Assembly (NCBI GenBank): GCA_963823035.1
Contig: CAWGKG010000018.1
Span: forward strand, 320,001-384,000
Reading direction: 5' to 3'
Length of the DNA stretch: 64,000 nucleotides
Origin: an uncultured Gemmatimonadales bacterium
Lineage (GTDB): Bacteria > Gemmatimonadota > Gemmatimonadetes > Longimicrobiales > Gaopeijiaceae
The notes beneath the pieces were generated by a model, which had not been told where the DNA came from, did not search any database, and was given only the letters and a program-made list of their open reading frames with translations. The position numbers and the translations under genes are program-made. Below, in pieces: positions 40,912-49,690 of the stretch (its first letter is position 1; each line of letters starts with the position of its first letter).

Positions 40912-41583
40912 ATGCCCTCCGACGCCGCTTCCCTGACCGGTGCCACCATCCGGTGGCCGACGCAACCTCGGCCGGACGCGACTGCGCTGCCCCCTCTGGA
41001 TTACGCCCGACTGGACGACCGGGAGCTCGCCACGCTCGCGGCCGGCGGCCGCGAGCGGGCGTTCCGCGAGCTCCTCGAGCGATACGAGCGCCCCGTCTTC
41101 TCGCTCATCTACCGCATGGTCCGGGACCGCACGCTGGCGGAGGACCTCGCCCAGGAAGCCTTCATCCGGGCCTTCAACGCGATCGGCACCTACAACACGG
41201 CCTACAAGTTCAGCAACTGGATCTTCAAGATCGCGAACAACCACACGATCGATCATCTCCGCAAGCGCAAGCTCGACACCGTGTCGATCCACGGTTCCCC
41301 GCACGCGACCACGCAGGACGAGGTGAGCCAGACCCGCCTGGTCGTGGAGTCCGAGGACGAGAACCCCCAGCAACTGCTGGAGCACCGGGAGCTGGGGAGC
41401 CAGATCGAGGCCGCGATCGGGGAGCTGCGCACGGAGTACCGCACCGTGATCCTCCTCCGCCACGTGGAGGGCTACGCCTACGACGAGATCGCCGAGATCA
41501 TGGACCTTCCGCTCGGCACCGTGAAGACGTACCTGCACCGTGCCCGGAACGAGCTGAAGAAAAAGCTCGAGGGCGTCGCATGA
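40912..41583 (+). CDS. ECF RNA polymerase sigma factor (SigW/RpoE-like)
   Basis: AEDLAQEAFIRAF, FSNWIFKIANNHTIDHLRK (region 2); YDEIAEIMDLPLGTVKTYLHRAR (region 4). Confidence 0.93.
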   Translation: MPSDAASLTGATIRWPTQPRPDATALPPLDYARLDDRELATLAAGGRERAFRELLERYERPVFSLIYRMVRDRTLAEDLAQEAFIRAFNAIGTYNTAYKFSNWIFKIANNHTIDHLRKRKLDTVSIHGSPHATTQDEVSQTRLVVESEDENPQQLLEHRELGSQIEAAIGELRTEYRTVILLRHVEGYAYDEIAEIMDLPLGTVKTYLHRARNELKKKLEGVA

Positions 41584-41670
41584 GCGGGCGGACGCGAAAG
41601 TGCCGATCGTCGTTGTTCCGTGCGGCGGAGCCGGGCACGGCGAGCCCGTGTCACGGCAAGGCGTTTTTCG

Positions 41671-41698
41671 TGAAACCCTCCCCGCGAAGACCGCGTAG
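41671..41698 (+). promoter_or_regulatory. ECF-sigma promoter (upstream of the anti-sigma operon)
   Basis: TGAAAC-N17-CGTAG, then RBS AGGAG and GTG 41732. Confidence 0.7.
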
Positions 41699-41731
41699 GG
41701 GCAAGAGGAAAGACCCTTCAGGAGTTCGACC

Positions 41732-42682
41732 GTGAACGACATCCATTTCCACGAGCATCTGAGCGCCGAAGCCGTACAGGCGCTCCTCGACGGTGCGCTC
41801 TCCCCTGCGGAGCGCGCCCGTGCCGAGGAGCACGTGGCTTCCTGCGCCCGGTGCGCGTCGGAGATCGATGGTTGGCGGGACGTCTTCGAGGATCTCGAGG
41901 ACCTGCCGACGCTCGCGCCGGCCGCAGGCTTCGCCGATCGGGTCGTGGCCGGCATCGAGGCGCCCGAGCAGCTCCCGTGGGCGGCCCGGGCGCGCGCGGC
42001 GCTCGCCGCCCGCCTCGCTCCCGACTCCGGCCACGCCGACGACGGCCGCCTCCAGGATCTGGCCGCGGGCGTCCTCGCGGCCCGGCAGGAGACCCGGCTG
42101 CGCTCCCACCTGGACGGCTGCGCCGCGTGCGCATCGCGCGCCGAGAGTTGGCGTACGGTCCTGGGCCACCTCGATCGACTCGATCGCTTCGCGCCCTCCG
42201 AGGACTTCGCCGCCCGCGTCATGGCCGAGGTCCACGTGTCGGTGCCCGCGACGGCCCCGGCTCGCGTCCCGGAATGGCGCAGGATGCTGGCCCGGGCGCG
42301 CCGCCTCGTGCCGCAGTCGCGCCGGGCCTGGGCAGCGATCTCCGGGGTGGCGGTCACCCCCGCGGCGACGCTCGGGCTCGTGCTGTGGACGGTCTTCACG
42401 CACCCCGCGATCACGCCGGCAGGGCTGGCGTCCTTCGCGTGGTGGAAGGCGTCGGAGCTCGCAGGGCTCGCCTGGGCGGCCGCGACGTCCCGCGCGATGC
42501 AGAGCACCGAGATCTTCGGATTGTTCTCGTGGATTCGGTCCCTGGCCCTCACGCCCACCGCTCTGGTGGCAGCCTTCCTCGTCTTCTCGGCGGGGACGGT
42601 GGTCGCGGCCTGGGTCCTCTACAGGAATCTCCTCAACACGCACCCGGTGGATGCTGGTTATGGGCACGCTTCGCTCTCGTAG
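41732..42682 (+). CDS. Membrane-bound anti-sigma factor with two tandem zf-HC2 (ZAS) domains
   Basis: HVASCARC and HLDGCAAC in two ~67-aa repeats; C-terminal hydrophobic helices; follows the ECF sigma gene. Confidence 0.85.
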   Translation: MNDIHFHEHLSAEAVQALLDGALSPAERARAEEHVASCARCASEIDGWRDVFEDLEDLPTLAPAAGFADRVVAGIEAPEQLPWAARARAALAARLAPDSGHADDGRLQDLAAGVLAARQETRLRSHLDGCAACASRAESWRTVLGHLDRLDRFAPSEDFAARVMAEVHVSVPATAPARVPEWRRMLARARRLVPQSRRAWAAISGVAVTPAATLGLVLWTVFTHPAITPAGLASFAWWKASELAGLAWAAATSRAMQSTEIFGLFSWIRSLALTPTALVAAFLVFSAGTVVAAWVLYRNLLNTHPVDAGYGHASLS

Positions 42683-44309
42683 GCTCCTGCTTGGGCTGAC
42701 GCTCGGCGCACTCCTCCTCCCCGCGGTTCCCGCGGCGGGGAAGGCGCAGGAGCGCACCGTGGTCTCCAAGCAGGTTTCCGTGGGCCGATCCGAGGCGGCG
42801 CTCCGCCTGGAGTTCTCCTCGGGCGCGCCTCTCGACGTCTCGCTCCACGACGGATCGGTGTTCATCGACGGCGAGATCGTCGGCGCCTTCCGGGCCGGGG
42901 ACGCGCTCGACGCCGCCTGGCGCTCGCTGCTCGGCGACGCGGTCCGGCTCGACGACGGGCAGCTCGCCGACGCGCTGCGCGATTGGTCGCCGCCCACCGA
43001 CATGGAGGGCGACCGCCTGGAGCTGGCGGAACAGATCGACGGGGCGCTCGAAAAGGCGCTCACGGTGCAGGAGGCGCCGCGGGCAGCCGACGCGCCGAAG
43101 GCGGACGTTTCGGTGGGTGGCGACGGCGCGCTCGTGCGTGCCCTCCTCGGCCAGTCCGGCCGGCTCGCGACGCTGGAAGAGGCGCTGAAGGGCGTGGGGT
43201 CGAACCTCAAGCTGCACGTGGGTGAGGACGTCGCCGTGGAGGCCGGCGAGACTGTCGAGGGGACGCTCGTCGTGGTCCAGGGAGACGCCCGGATCGACGG
43301 CGAGGTGGACGGGAACGTGGTGGTGGTCGACGGTACGCTGGAGCTGAACGAAGGCAGCCGGATCCGCGGCGACGTCCGTCTGGCGGACGCGGACCTGGAG
43401 CGCTCGGGCGGCACCGTGGACGGCGAGGTCGTCAACGTCGATCGGCGCGAGCGCGACCTCGAGCGCGAGATCCGCGACCAGGTGCGCGAGGAGATGCGCA
43501 GCGAGCTGCGCAAGGAGATTCGCGATGCATCCCGCTCCCGGGGTGGGAGCGGCGGCAGCTTCTTCAGCCCCTTCCGCACGCTCTTCGGTGCGCTCGGCGG
43601 CGTGATCGAGAACCTGGTCTCCGTCCTCGTTCTGGGCCTCATCGGCATGGGCGTGGTGGCCTTCGCGCCGCGCAATCTGGACGCTGTGGCCGAGACGGCG
43701 CGGCGCTCCCCCGGGCGGGCCGCCATGGTCGGGGTGGCCGGGACCTTCCTCCTCATCCCGGTGTGGCTCCTCGGTACGGTCGCGCTGGTCGTGTCGATCG
43801 TGGGGATCCCGGTGGCGCTGCTCTGGATCCCGCTCTTCCCGCTGGCCGCCGTCGCGGCCGCGCTCCTCGGCTACCTCGCGGTGGCCCGGAACGCGGGCGA
43901 GTGGCTGGCGGACAGCGGGTACCGCTACACGGACTGGATCCGCAAGTCCAACCCGGTCTACACGATCACCGCCGGCGTGTTGGGGCTCGCGCTCTTCTTC
44001 ATCGCGGCGAACCTGCTGCGCGTGGTGCCCTTCTTCGGGTTCTTCCGCGGGCTGCTGACGTTCGCCGGCACGGTGGTCGGTATCGCGGCGATGCTGATCG
44101 GCTTCGGCGCCGTCCTGCTCACGCGGGCGGGTCGCCGCCCGGAGAGCAGCGGACCGATGGACTTCGATGAGGCGTGGAAGCGTGCGGTGGACATGGACGT
44201 GGAGGTTGAGGTGGAGGTCGAGACGGCGGCGAAGCGCGCGGACGGGTCGGCCACGAGCGAGGGCGCGGGGGGTGACGAGGGTGACGACGCGGGAGGGAAG
44301 GATGCGTAG
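42660..44309 (+). CDS. Membrane protein with signal peptide, bactofilin-like beta-helix and multi-TM C-terminus
   Basis: VEGTLVVVQGDARIDGEVDGNVVVVDGTLEL...IRGDV repeats, then about six TM helices. Confidence 0.75.
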   Translation: MGTLRSRRLLLGLTLGALLLPAVPAAGKAQERTVVSKQVSVGRSEAALRLEFSSGAPLDVSLHDGSVFIDGEIVGAFRAGDALDAAWRSLLGDAVRLDDGQLADALRDWSPPTDMEGDRLELAEQIDGALEKALTVQEAPRAADAPKADVSVGGDGALVRALLGQSGRLATLEEALKGVGSNLKLHVGEDVAVEAGETVEGTLVVVQGDARIDGEVDGNVVVVDGTLELNEGSRIRGDVRLADADLERSGGTVDGEVVNVDRRERDLEREIRDQVREEMRSELRKEIRDASRSRGGSGGSFFSPFRTLFGALGGVIENLVSVLVLGLIGMGVVAFAPRNLDAVAETARRSPGRAAMVGVAGTFLLIPVWLLGTVALVVSIVGIPVALLWIPLFPLAAVAAALLGYLAVARNAGEWLADSGYRYTDWIRKSNPVYTITAGVLGLALFFIAANLLRVVPFFGFFRGLLTFAGTVVGIAAMLIGFGAVLLTRAGRRPESSGPMDFDEAWKRAVDMDVEVEVEVETAAKRADGSATSEGAGGDEGDDAGGKDA

Positions 44310-45144
44310 GGGTCCCTTGCTCGCGGCCGGCGCGGCCGCGCTGATGGCCCTCCCGTACGGGCTCGCCGCCCAGAGCTGGCGGACGGTGACGATGTCCCGT
44401 CAGCTCTCCGGAGAGGACGACCTGCGCGTGCAGGTCTCCTACGGGGCCGGCACCTTCAAGGTGCGGCCGGCCGACACGGGCCTGCTCTACCGGATGCACC
44501 TCCGCTACGACGAAGACGTCTTCGAGCCGCACGCCGACTACGAGGGCAACCGACTCCATCTCGGCGTGGAGAACGTCGGCAACTCGATCCACATCGGGAA
44601 GAAGCGCTCCGGCGGCGAGTTGGACCTGCAGCTCGCACGGAACGTGCCGATGGATCTGGACCTGGAGTTCGGCGCGGTGCGTGCAGACCTGGACCTCGGT
44701 GGGCTCTCGCTCACCCATCTGGAGCTGAGCACGGGCGCCTCGGAGTCCGTCGTGGACATCTCGGAGCCGAACGACGTCGACATGCGCTCCGCCAGCTTCG
44801 AGGTGGGCGCGGCCGACTTCACGGCGCGGCACCTGGGCAACCTCAACGCTCGGCACATCGACGTGAGCGCCGGGGTAGGCGAGGTGACCCTCTGGTTCAA
44901 CGGAGGGTGGCAGCAGGACGCCTCGGTCTCGATCGACATGGGGCTGGGCTCGCTGGAGCTGCGCTTCCCCGAGGGACTCGGGGTACGGCTGACGAAGGAC
45001 AGCTTCCTCGCCTCGCTCGATTCGGAAGGGTTGGTCAAGCGCGGGGACGCCTACTATTCGCTGGATTGGGATCGTGCGGACAGGAAGGTCACCATCGACC
45101 TGGACGCCGCTTTCGGAAGCATCAAGGTCGTCTGGGTGCGCTGA
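44302..45144 (+). CDS. Exported LiaF/LiaG-like (toast-rack/DUF2154-type) beta-solenoid protein
   Basis: Signal peptide; repeated motifs LEFGAV, LSTGAS, FEVGAA, VSAGVG, IDMGLG, LDAAFGSI. Confidence 0.7.
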   Translation: MRRGPLLAAGAAALMALPYGLAAQSWRTVTMSRQLSGEDDLRVQVSYGAGTFKVRPADTGLLYRMHLRYDEDVFEPHADYEGNRLHLGVENVGNSIHIGKKRSGGELDLQLARNVPMDLDLEFGAVRADLDLGGLSLTHLELSTGASESVVDISEPNDVDMRSASFEVGAADFTARHLGNLNARHIDVSAGVGEVTLWFNGGWQQDASVSIDMGLGSLELRFPEGLGVRLTKDSFLASLDSEGLVKRGDAYYSLDWDRADRKVTIDLDAAFGSIKVVWVR

Positions 45145-45178
45145 CGCGCCACCGGACGCTACCCACAGGAGGAATACC

Positions 45179-45415
45179 ATGCTCGGCACCCTGCTCACCT
45201 TCTTCGCGGTGGCGCTCGCGACGGTGGTCGCCGCGTGGCTCGTCCTGATGGTCGTGGGAGTGGTGTTCTCGCTCACCTTCGGCCTGGCCACCTTCCTCCT
45301 CTTCAAGGTCGGCCCGATCCTCCTCGTGGGATGGGTCGCGATCAAGATCTTCGAGAAGGTCCGCGGGAAGGGCTCGATCTCCGCCGCCGACAGGAAGTGG
45401 CTCGAAGGCGACTGA
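45179..45415 (+). CDS. Small membrane protein
   Basis: Strong RBS AGGAGG; 78 aa, mostly hydrophobic with a charged tail; last gene before the terminator. Confidence 0.75.
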   Translation: MLGTLLTFFAVALATVVAAWLVLMVVGVVFSLTFGLATFLLFKVGPILLVGWVAIKIFEKVRGKGSISAADRKWLEGD

Positions 45416-45433
45416 GCGAGGGTCTTCCCACGA

Positions 45434-45475
45434 GCGAAAGGGCCGCGGTACCTCTGGGTGCCGCGGCCCTTTCGC
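45434..45475. terminator. Bidirectional hairpin terminator between convergent operons
   Basis: GCGAAAGGGCCGCGGTACC-TCTG-GGTGCCGCGGCCCTTTCGC (19-bp stem, one non-canonical pair). Confidence 0.8.
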
Positions 45476-45497
45476 GTCCAGGGCGGGTCGAGCGGAC

Positions 45498-46602
45498 TCA
45501 GCCCACCGCGAGGGCCTCGAGCGCCTTCCCGATCTCGCGCGCCACCACCCGCAGGGCCTTGCCCGACGCCGAGTCCGGGGCCGCCAGCACGGTCGGCCGG
45601 CCTTCGTCGCCCGCGGTGCGGACCGCGGGGTCCAGCGGGACCCGGCCGAGGAACGGAAGCTTCATCTCGGTGGCGAGGCGCTCCCCGCCCCCACTGCCGA
45701 AGACGTCGATGAGCTCGCCGCAGTGTGGGCAGGCCATCCCGCTCATGTTCTCCACGATCCCGAGAACGCGCGTGTTCACCCGCTCGAACATCTTCACGCC
45801 GCGGCGCACGTCGCTGGTGGCCACGTCCTGCGGGGTCGTGACCATCACCGCGCCGTCCAGGTCGATGGTCTGGACGAGCGAGAGCTGCGCGTCGCCCGTG
45901 CCGGGGGGCATGTCGACGATCATGTAGTCGAGCGGACCCCAGGCGACCTGCTCGAGGAACTGCTTGAGAATCCCCGAGATCAGGGGACCGCGCATGATGG
46001 CCGGCTGATCCTTCTCGAGGAGGAGGCCGAGGCTCATGATACGCACGCCGTGCGCCTCGAGCGGCTCGATCATCTCCTTCCCCTTCTCTCCGGTCACGCG
46101 CGGCCGCCGCTCCTCACCGAACATGAGCGGGATGTTCGGACCGTAGATGTCGGCATCGAGGAGTCCGACCGCGTGTCCGTCCATCGCGAGCGCCGCTGCG
46201 AGGTTGGCGGACACCATGGACTTGCCCACGCCCCCCTTCCCCGAGCTGACCGCCACCACGTGCCCCGATCTCGGTGAGGAGGCCGGGCTTCGGTGTGGGC
46301 GCCGGTACGGAGCCCGGCTTCAGGCCGCCCTGTTTGCCACCGCCCGTGCCCCCCATCTGAGGGAGCTGGAGGTTCATCTTCACGGAGGTGACGCCCGTGA
46401 CGCCCTCGGCCGCGGCGCGCGCCTCCTTGATGAGCGTCGGGGGGTCGTCCGGGCGCATCAGGAAGGCGAAGCGGACCTGTCCGTCTCCGTCCACCTCGAG
46501 GTTCTGGACGTGGCCACTGGCCACGACATCGCGGCCCCCTTCCGGTTGTGTGACCCGGGAGAGCGCGGCCATCACCGAGCGTCTGAGCTCGTCTGCAGTC
46601 AT
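45498..46602 (-). CDS. mrp: Mrp/ApbC iron-sulfur cluster carrier ATPase (frameshift near 46263)
   Basis: N-terminal DUF59-like domain; SSGKGGVGKS, DADIYGP, DMPPGTGD, ENMS..CPHC. Confidence 0.92.
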
Positions 46603-46660
46603 GGTAGGTTCCGTGCCTGGGAAGTGGGCAGACCGCCCTGCCCGTTCTGGTCGCGACCCG

Positions 46661-46891
46661 TCAGACCGCCGTCACCTCGACGATCCCCGGCACGGTGTTC
46701 CTCAGACGGCGCTCGATGCCTTCCTTGAGCGTCATGAGGGAGATCGGGCAGGATTCGCACGCGCCTATGAGGCGCACCTCGACCACGCCCTCCTCCTCCC
46801 GGTAGGCGAGGAACTCGACGTCTCCGCCGTCGGCCTGGATGGCCGGACGTATCGAATCGAGGACCTCGAGGATCTTGTCTTGGGCGGTCAT
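46661..46891 (-). CDS. NifU C-terminal (Nfu-type) Fe-S scaffold protein
   Basis: IRPAIQADGGDVE, GACESCP, TLKEGIE. Confidence 0.9.
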   Translation of the reverse strand: MTAQDKILEVLDSIRPAIQADGGDVEFLAYREEEGVVEVRLIGACESCPISLMTLKEGIERRLRNTVPGIVEVTAV

Positions 46892-46953
46892 AGCGACGTG
46901 GATGCTCCACCGGGGGAGAATCCGCGCCCCGGGGAGGGACGGGAAGCCGGAAA

Positions 46954-46982
46954 AATCTACCGGGCGCCGGAAGGGGGGTCAA
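46954..46982 (-). promoter_or_regulatory. sigma70-type promoter for nfu-mrp
   Basis: Minus strand TTGACC-N17-TAGATT. Confidence 0.65.
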
Positions 46983-47150
46983 CCGAGAAAGGCATGTGTC
47001 CTGAGGCGCTTGCGCCTGCTTCACTATTGCATCATCGCGCTCGTTTTCCGAGCTTTCAAACGATATGGGACTAGGGTCGGACTCGGTCCCCCTGGCGGCC
47101 CGGGACGCCGTTTGGCCGGTCGCCTGTGCCACCCTCGCATCGAGTCGCCC

Positions 47151-49559
47151 ATGAGCACGGAGCCGACCGCACGACCCTACGGGGACGTCGAGCCGGAGCA
47201 CTTCGGCGGCGCCCCCCACCTCTCGGACTACTGGCAGGTGGTCAGTCGACGGCTCTGGCTCGTGCTGGTCGTCTTCACGGTCACCGCGGCCACGTCCATC
47301 TGGGCGGTTTCGCGGCAGCGGGTCTTCTACCAGGGCTCGATGACGCTCCAGGTGAACGACCCCCTGGAGCGCCAGCGCGGCCTGGTCGGCGGATCGCGCG
47401 TGTCGGGGATGGACATCTTCGTCGATCCCATCGAGTCGGAGATCCAGGTACTCCGCTCCTCGGCGATCGGAACGGTGGTGGTCGACTCGCTGGGGCTCCG
47501 GTTGCGCCGCGTTCCCTCTTCGGAGCCGCGCTCCGAGCTGGCCCGGAACATCTACGTGGCGGCGCAGGCGCCCAACGGACGCTACCAGCTGGCCTACGAG
47601 CCGGACGGGCGTGAGGCGGTGCTGCGCAAGGCGGACGGCACCACGCTCGGCTCCGCCTTCGTCGGCGCGCGTCTCGACGCGGGGCTGGTGAGCTTCGACC
47701 TCCAGGCTCCGCCGACGGAGAGCCGCACCTACGACCTCGAGATCGTGCCCGGCCAGGCCGTGCTCGGCGAGGTCGCCTTCTCGGCCGCGCCGCGGGAGAG
47801 CACGAACATCATCGACGTGTCCGTGGTGCACGCCGACCCCACCCTCGTCGCCCCCATCCTCAACCAGGCCGGGCGGGCCCTGCGCGAGAAGGGTGCCGAG
47901 CGTGTGCGGAAGTCGGCGCGGGCCGACATCGACTTCATCAACGAGCGTCTCGACTCCGCGCAGTCGCAGCTGTCGCGCTCGATGGACGCGATCCGGGACT
48001 TCAAGAAGACGCAGGCGTTCACGAATCTGAGCGCCCGCGAGCGTTCCCTCGTCGACCGGTCCGAGACCCTGGCCCGCCAGGTGGAGGGCGTCAACGGCCA
48101 GCGGAAGGTGCTCTCCAACCTCGTGACGACGCTGCGCGGCCGGGGGCTGAACGAGATCGACCTCTCGGGCCTCCTCGCCCAGCTACCCGAGGGCTCGGCT
48201 CCGCAGGTCCGTTCGCTCGCCTCGAGCATCCAGAGCGAGCAAACCGAGGAGCGGCGGCTGATCACGGAGGACCGCAAGAGCCCGGGCCATCCGCAGGTCG
48301 TCGCGGTCCGCGCCGAGATCAAGGAGCTGGGAGATCAGCTCGCCGACGCCGCCAACGCGTCGCTCCAGGTCATCGAGTCGCGGCTCCAGGAACTCAGCAT
48401 CGATCAGACGAACCTCCGCGTCGAACAGCGCCAGTTCCCGGATCTCGAGGGCCAGCTCCAGGCGCTCGAAGCGCAGCGCACGCTCGATCGGGACTCGTAC
48501 CAGTACCTCCTGTCGCAGCTCTACCAGGCGCAGATCACCGAGGCGGCGGCGTCTCCCTACGTCGAGATCCTCGACCCGGCGGTCGGCGCCTCCCAGATCC
48601 AGGGCCGCGGGCGCATCAACGTCTTCCTCGGGGCTCTCCTCGGCCTGATCCTCGGCGTGGGTGCGGCGTTCTTCCTCGAGTACCTCGACCGGACCGTGCG
48701 TACCAGCTCGGATGTCGAGTCGCTTCTGGGTGTCCCGGTACTCGGCGTGATCCCCCGGCTCCGCCGCATCGAGGAGGCCGCGGACGGTGGTGGACCGGGC
48801 GGAGGGCGCGGCCTCCCCCTCATCGTGGCCATGGATCCCCTGGATCCGGCCGCCGAGGCGTACCGCAACCTGCGCATGAACCTGATGTTCATGAGCACCG
48901 AAGACGCGCCCATCCGCACCGTGCTCTTCTCGAGCCCCGGACCCTCCGAGGGGAAGTCGACCACGGCGATCAACTTCGCCGTCATGCTCGCCCAGCAGGG
49001 GCAGCGGGTCCTGGTGGTGGACGCGGACCTGCGGCGTCCGTCGCTGCACCGCGCGCTCGACGTGTTGCGCGAGCCGGGGCTGACCAACCTCCTGATCGGC
49101 GACACCGACGTGCGCGAGGCGGTGCGGCCGAGCGTCTTGCCACACCTCGACTTCCTTCCCTCCGGCCCCTTCCCGCCCAACCCGTCGGATCTGCTGAACT
49201 CCAAGGCGATGGGTCGCCTGCTCGAGAGCTTCGAGGGCCGCTACGATCAGATCGTGATCGACTCACCCCCCGTGCTCGCCGTCACCGACGCGGCGGTGCT
49301 CGCGGCGCATACGGACGGTGTGGTGCTCGTGCTCCGCTCCGGCGAGACGGAACAGCGCACGGCCGAGCGCTCCGTCGAGCAGCTCAGGCGCCTGGGGGTG
49401 CGGGTCTTCGGGGCCGTGCTCAACGAGGTCTCGGCCGCGAGCCCGGACGACGGCTACTATCTCCAGTACTACTACAGCTACCGTCCCGAGGAGGGTGGGA
49501 ACGGGAGCCGCTGGAGCCGGTTGCGTGCGGGTCTCTCCAAGGTGAGATTCTTCGGGTAA
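47151..49559 (+). CDS. Polysaccharide co-polymerase / BY tyrosine autokinase (Wzc-like)
   Basis: Wzz-like N-terminus with two TM helices and coiled coil; AEAYRNLR, PSEGKST, VDADLRRP, IDSPP; Tyr cluster YYLQYYYSY. Confidence 0.92.
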   Translation: MSTEPTARPYGDVEPEHFGGAPHLSDYWQVVSRRLWLVLVVFTVTAATSIWAVSRQRVFYQGSMTLQVNDPLERQRGLVGGSRVSGMDIFVDPIESEIQVLRSSAIGTVVVDSLGLRLRRVPSSEPRSELARNIYVAAQAPNGRYQLAYEPDGREAVLRKADGTTLGSAFVGARLDAGLVSFDLQAPPTESRTYDLEIVPGQAVLGEVAFSAAPRESTNIIDVSVVHADPTLVAPILNQAGRALREKGAERVRKSARADIDFINERLDSAQSQLSRSMDAIRDFKKTQAFTNLSARERSLVDRSETLARQVEGVNGQRKVLSNLVTTLRGRGLNEIDLSGLLAQLPEGSAPQVRSLASSIQSEQTEERRLITEDRKSPGHPQVVAVRAEIKELGDQLADAANASLQVIESRLQELSIDQTNLRVEQRQFPDLEGQLQALEAQRTLDRDSYQYLLSQLYQAQITEAAASPYVEILDPAVGASQIQGRGRINVFLGALLGLILGVGAAFFLEYLDRTVRTSSDVESLLGVPVLGVIPRLRRIEEAADGGGPGGGRGLPLIVAMDPLDPAAEAYRNLRMNLMFMSTEDAPIRTVLFSSPGPSEGKSTTAINFAVMLAQQGQRVLVVDADLRRPSLHRALDVLREPGLTNLLIGDTDVREAVRPSVLPHLDFLPSGPFPPNPSDLLNSKAMGRLLESFEGRYDQIVIDSPPVLAVTDAAVLAAHTDGVVLVLRSGETEQRTAERSVEQLRRLGVRVFGAVLNEVSAASPDDGYYLQYYYSYRPEEGGNGSRWSRLRAGLSKVRFFG

Positions 49560-49587
49560 GTCGCCGGAAGGCGCCACACACGCTGCC

Positions 49588-49631
49588 GGGGGGCGGGAGA
49601 ACGAGCGGTTCCCCCGCCCCCCTTCGTATTT
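49588..49631 (+). terminator. Probable intrinsic terminator after wzc
   Basis: GGGGGGCGGGAGAAC-GAGCG-GTTCCCCCGCCCCCC followed by TTCGTATTT. Confidence 0.6.
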
Positions 49632-49690
49632 CCGCGCGTGTGCTCGGCGCTCCGGACCCCGATTCATCCAACACCCCGACTTCGACGACC

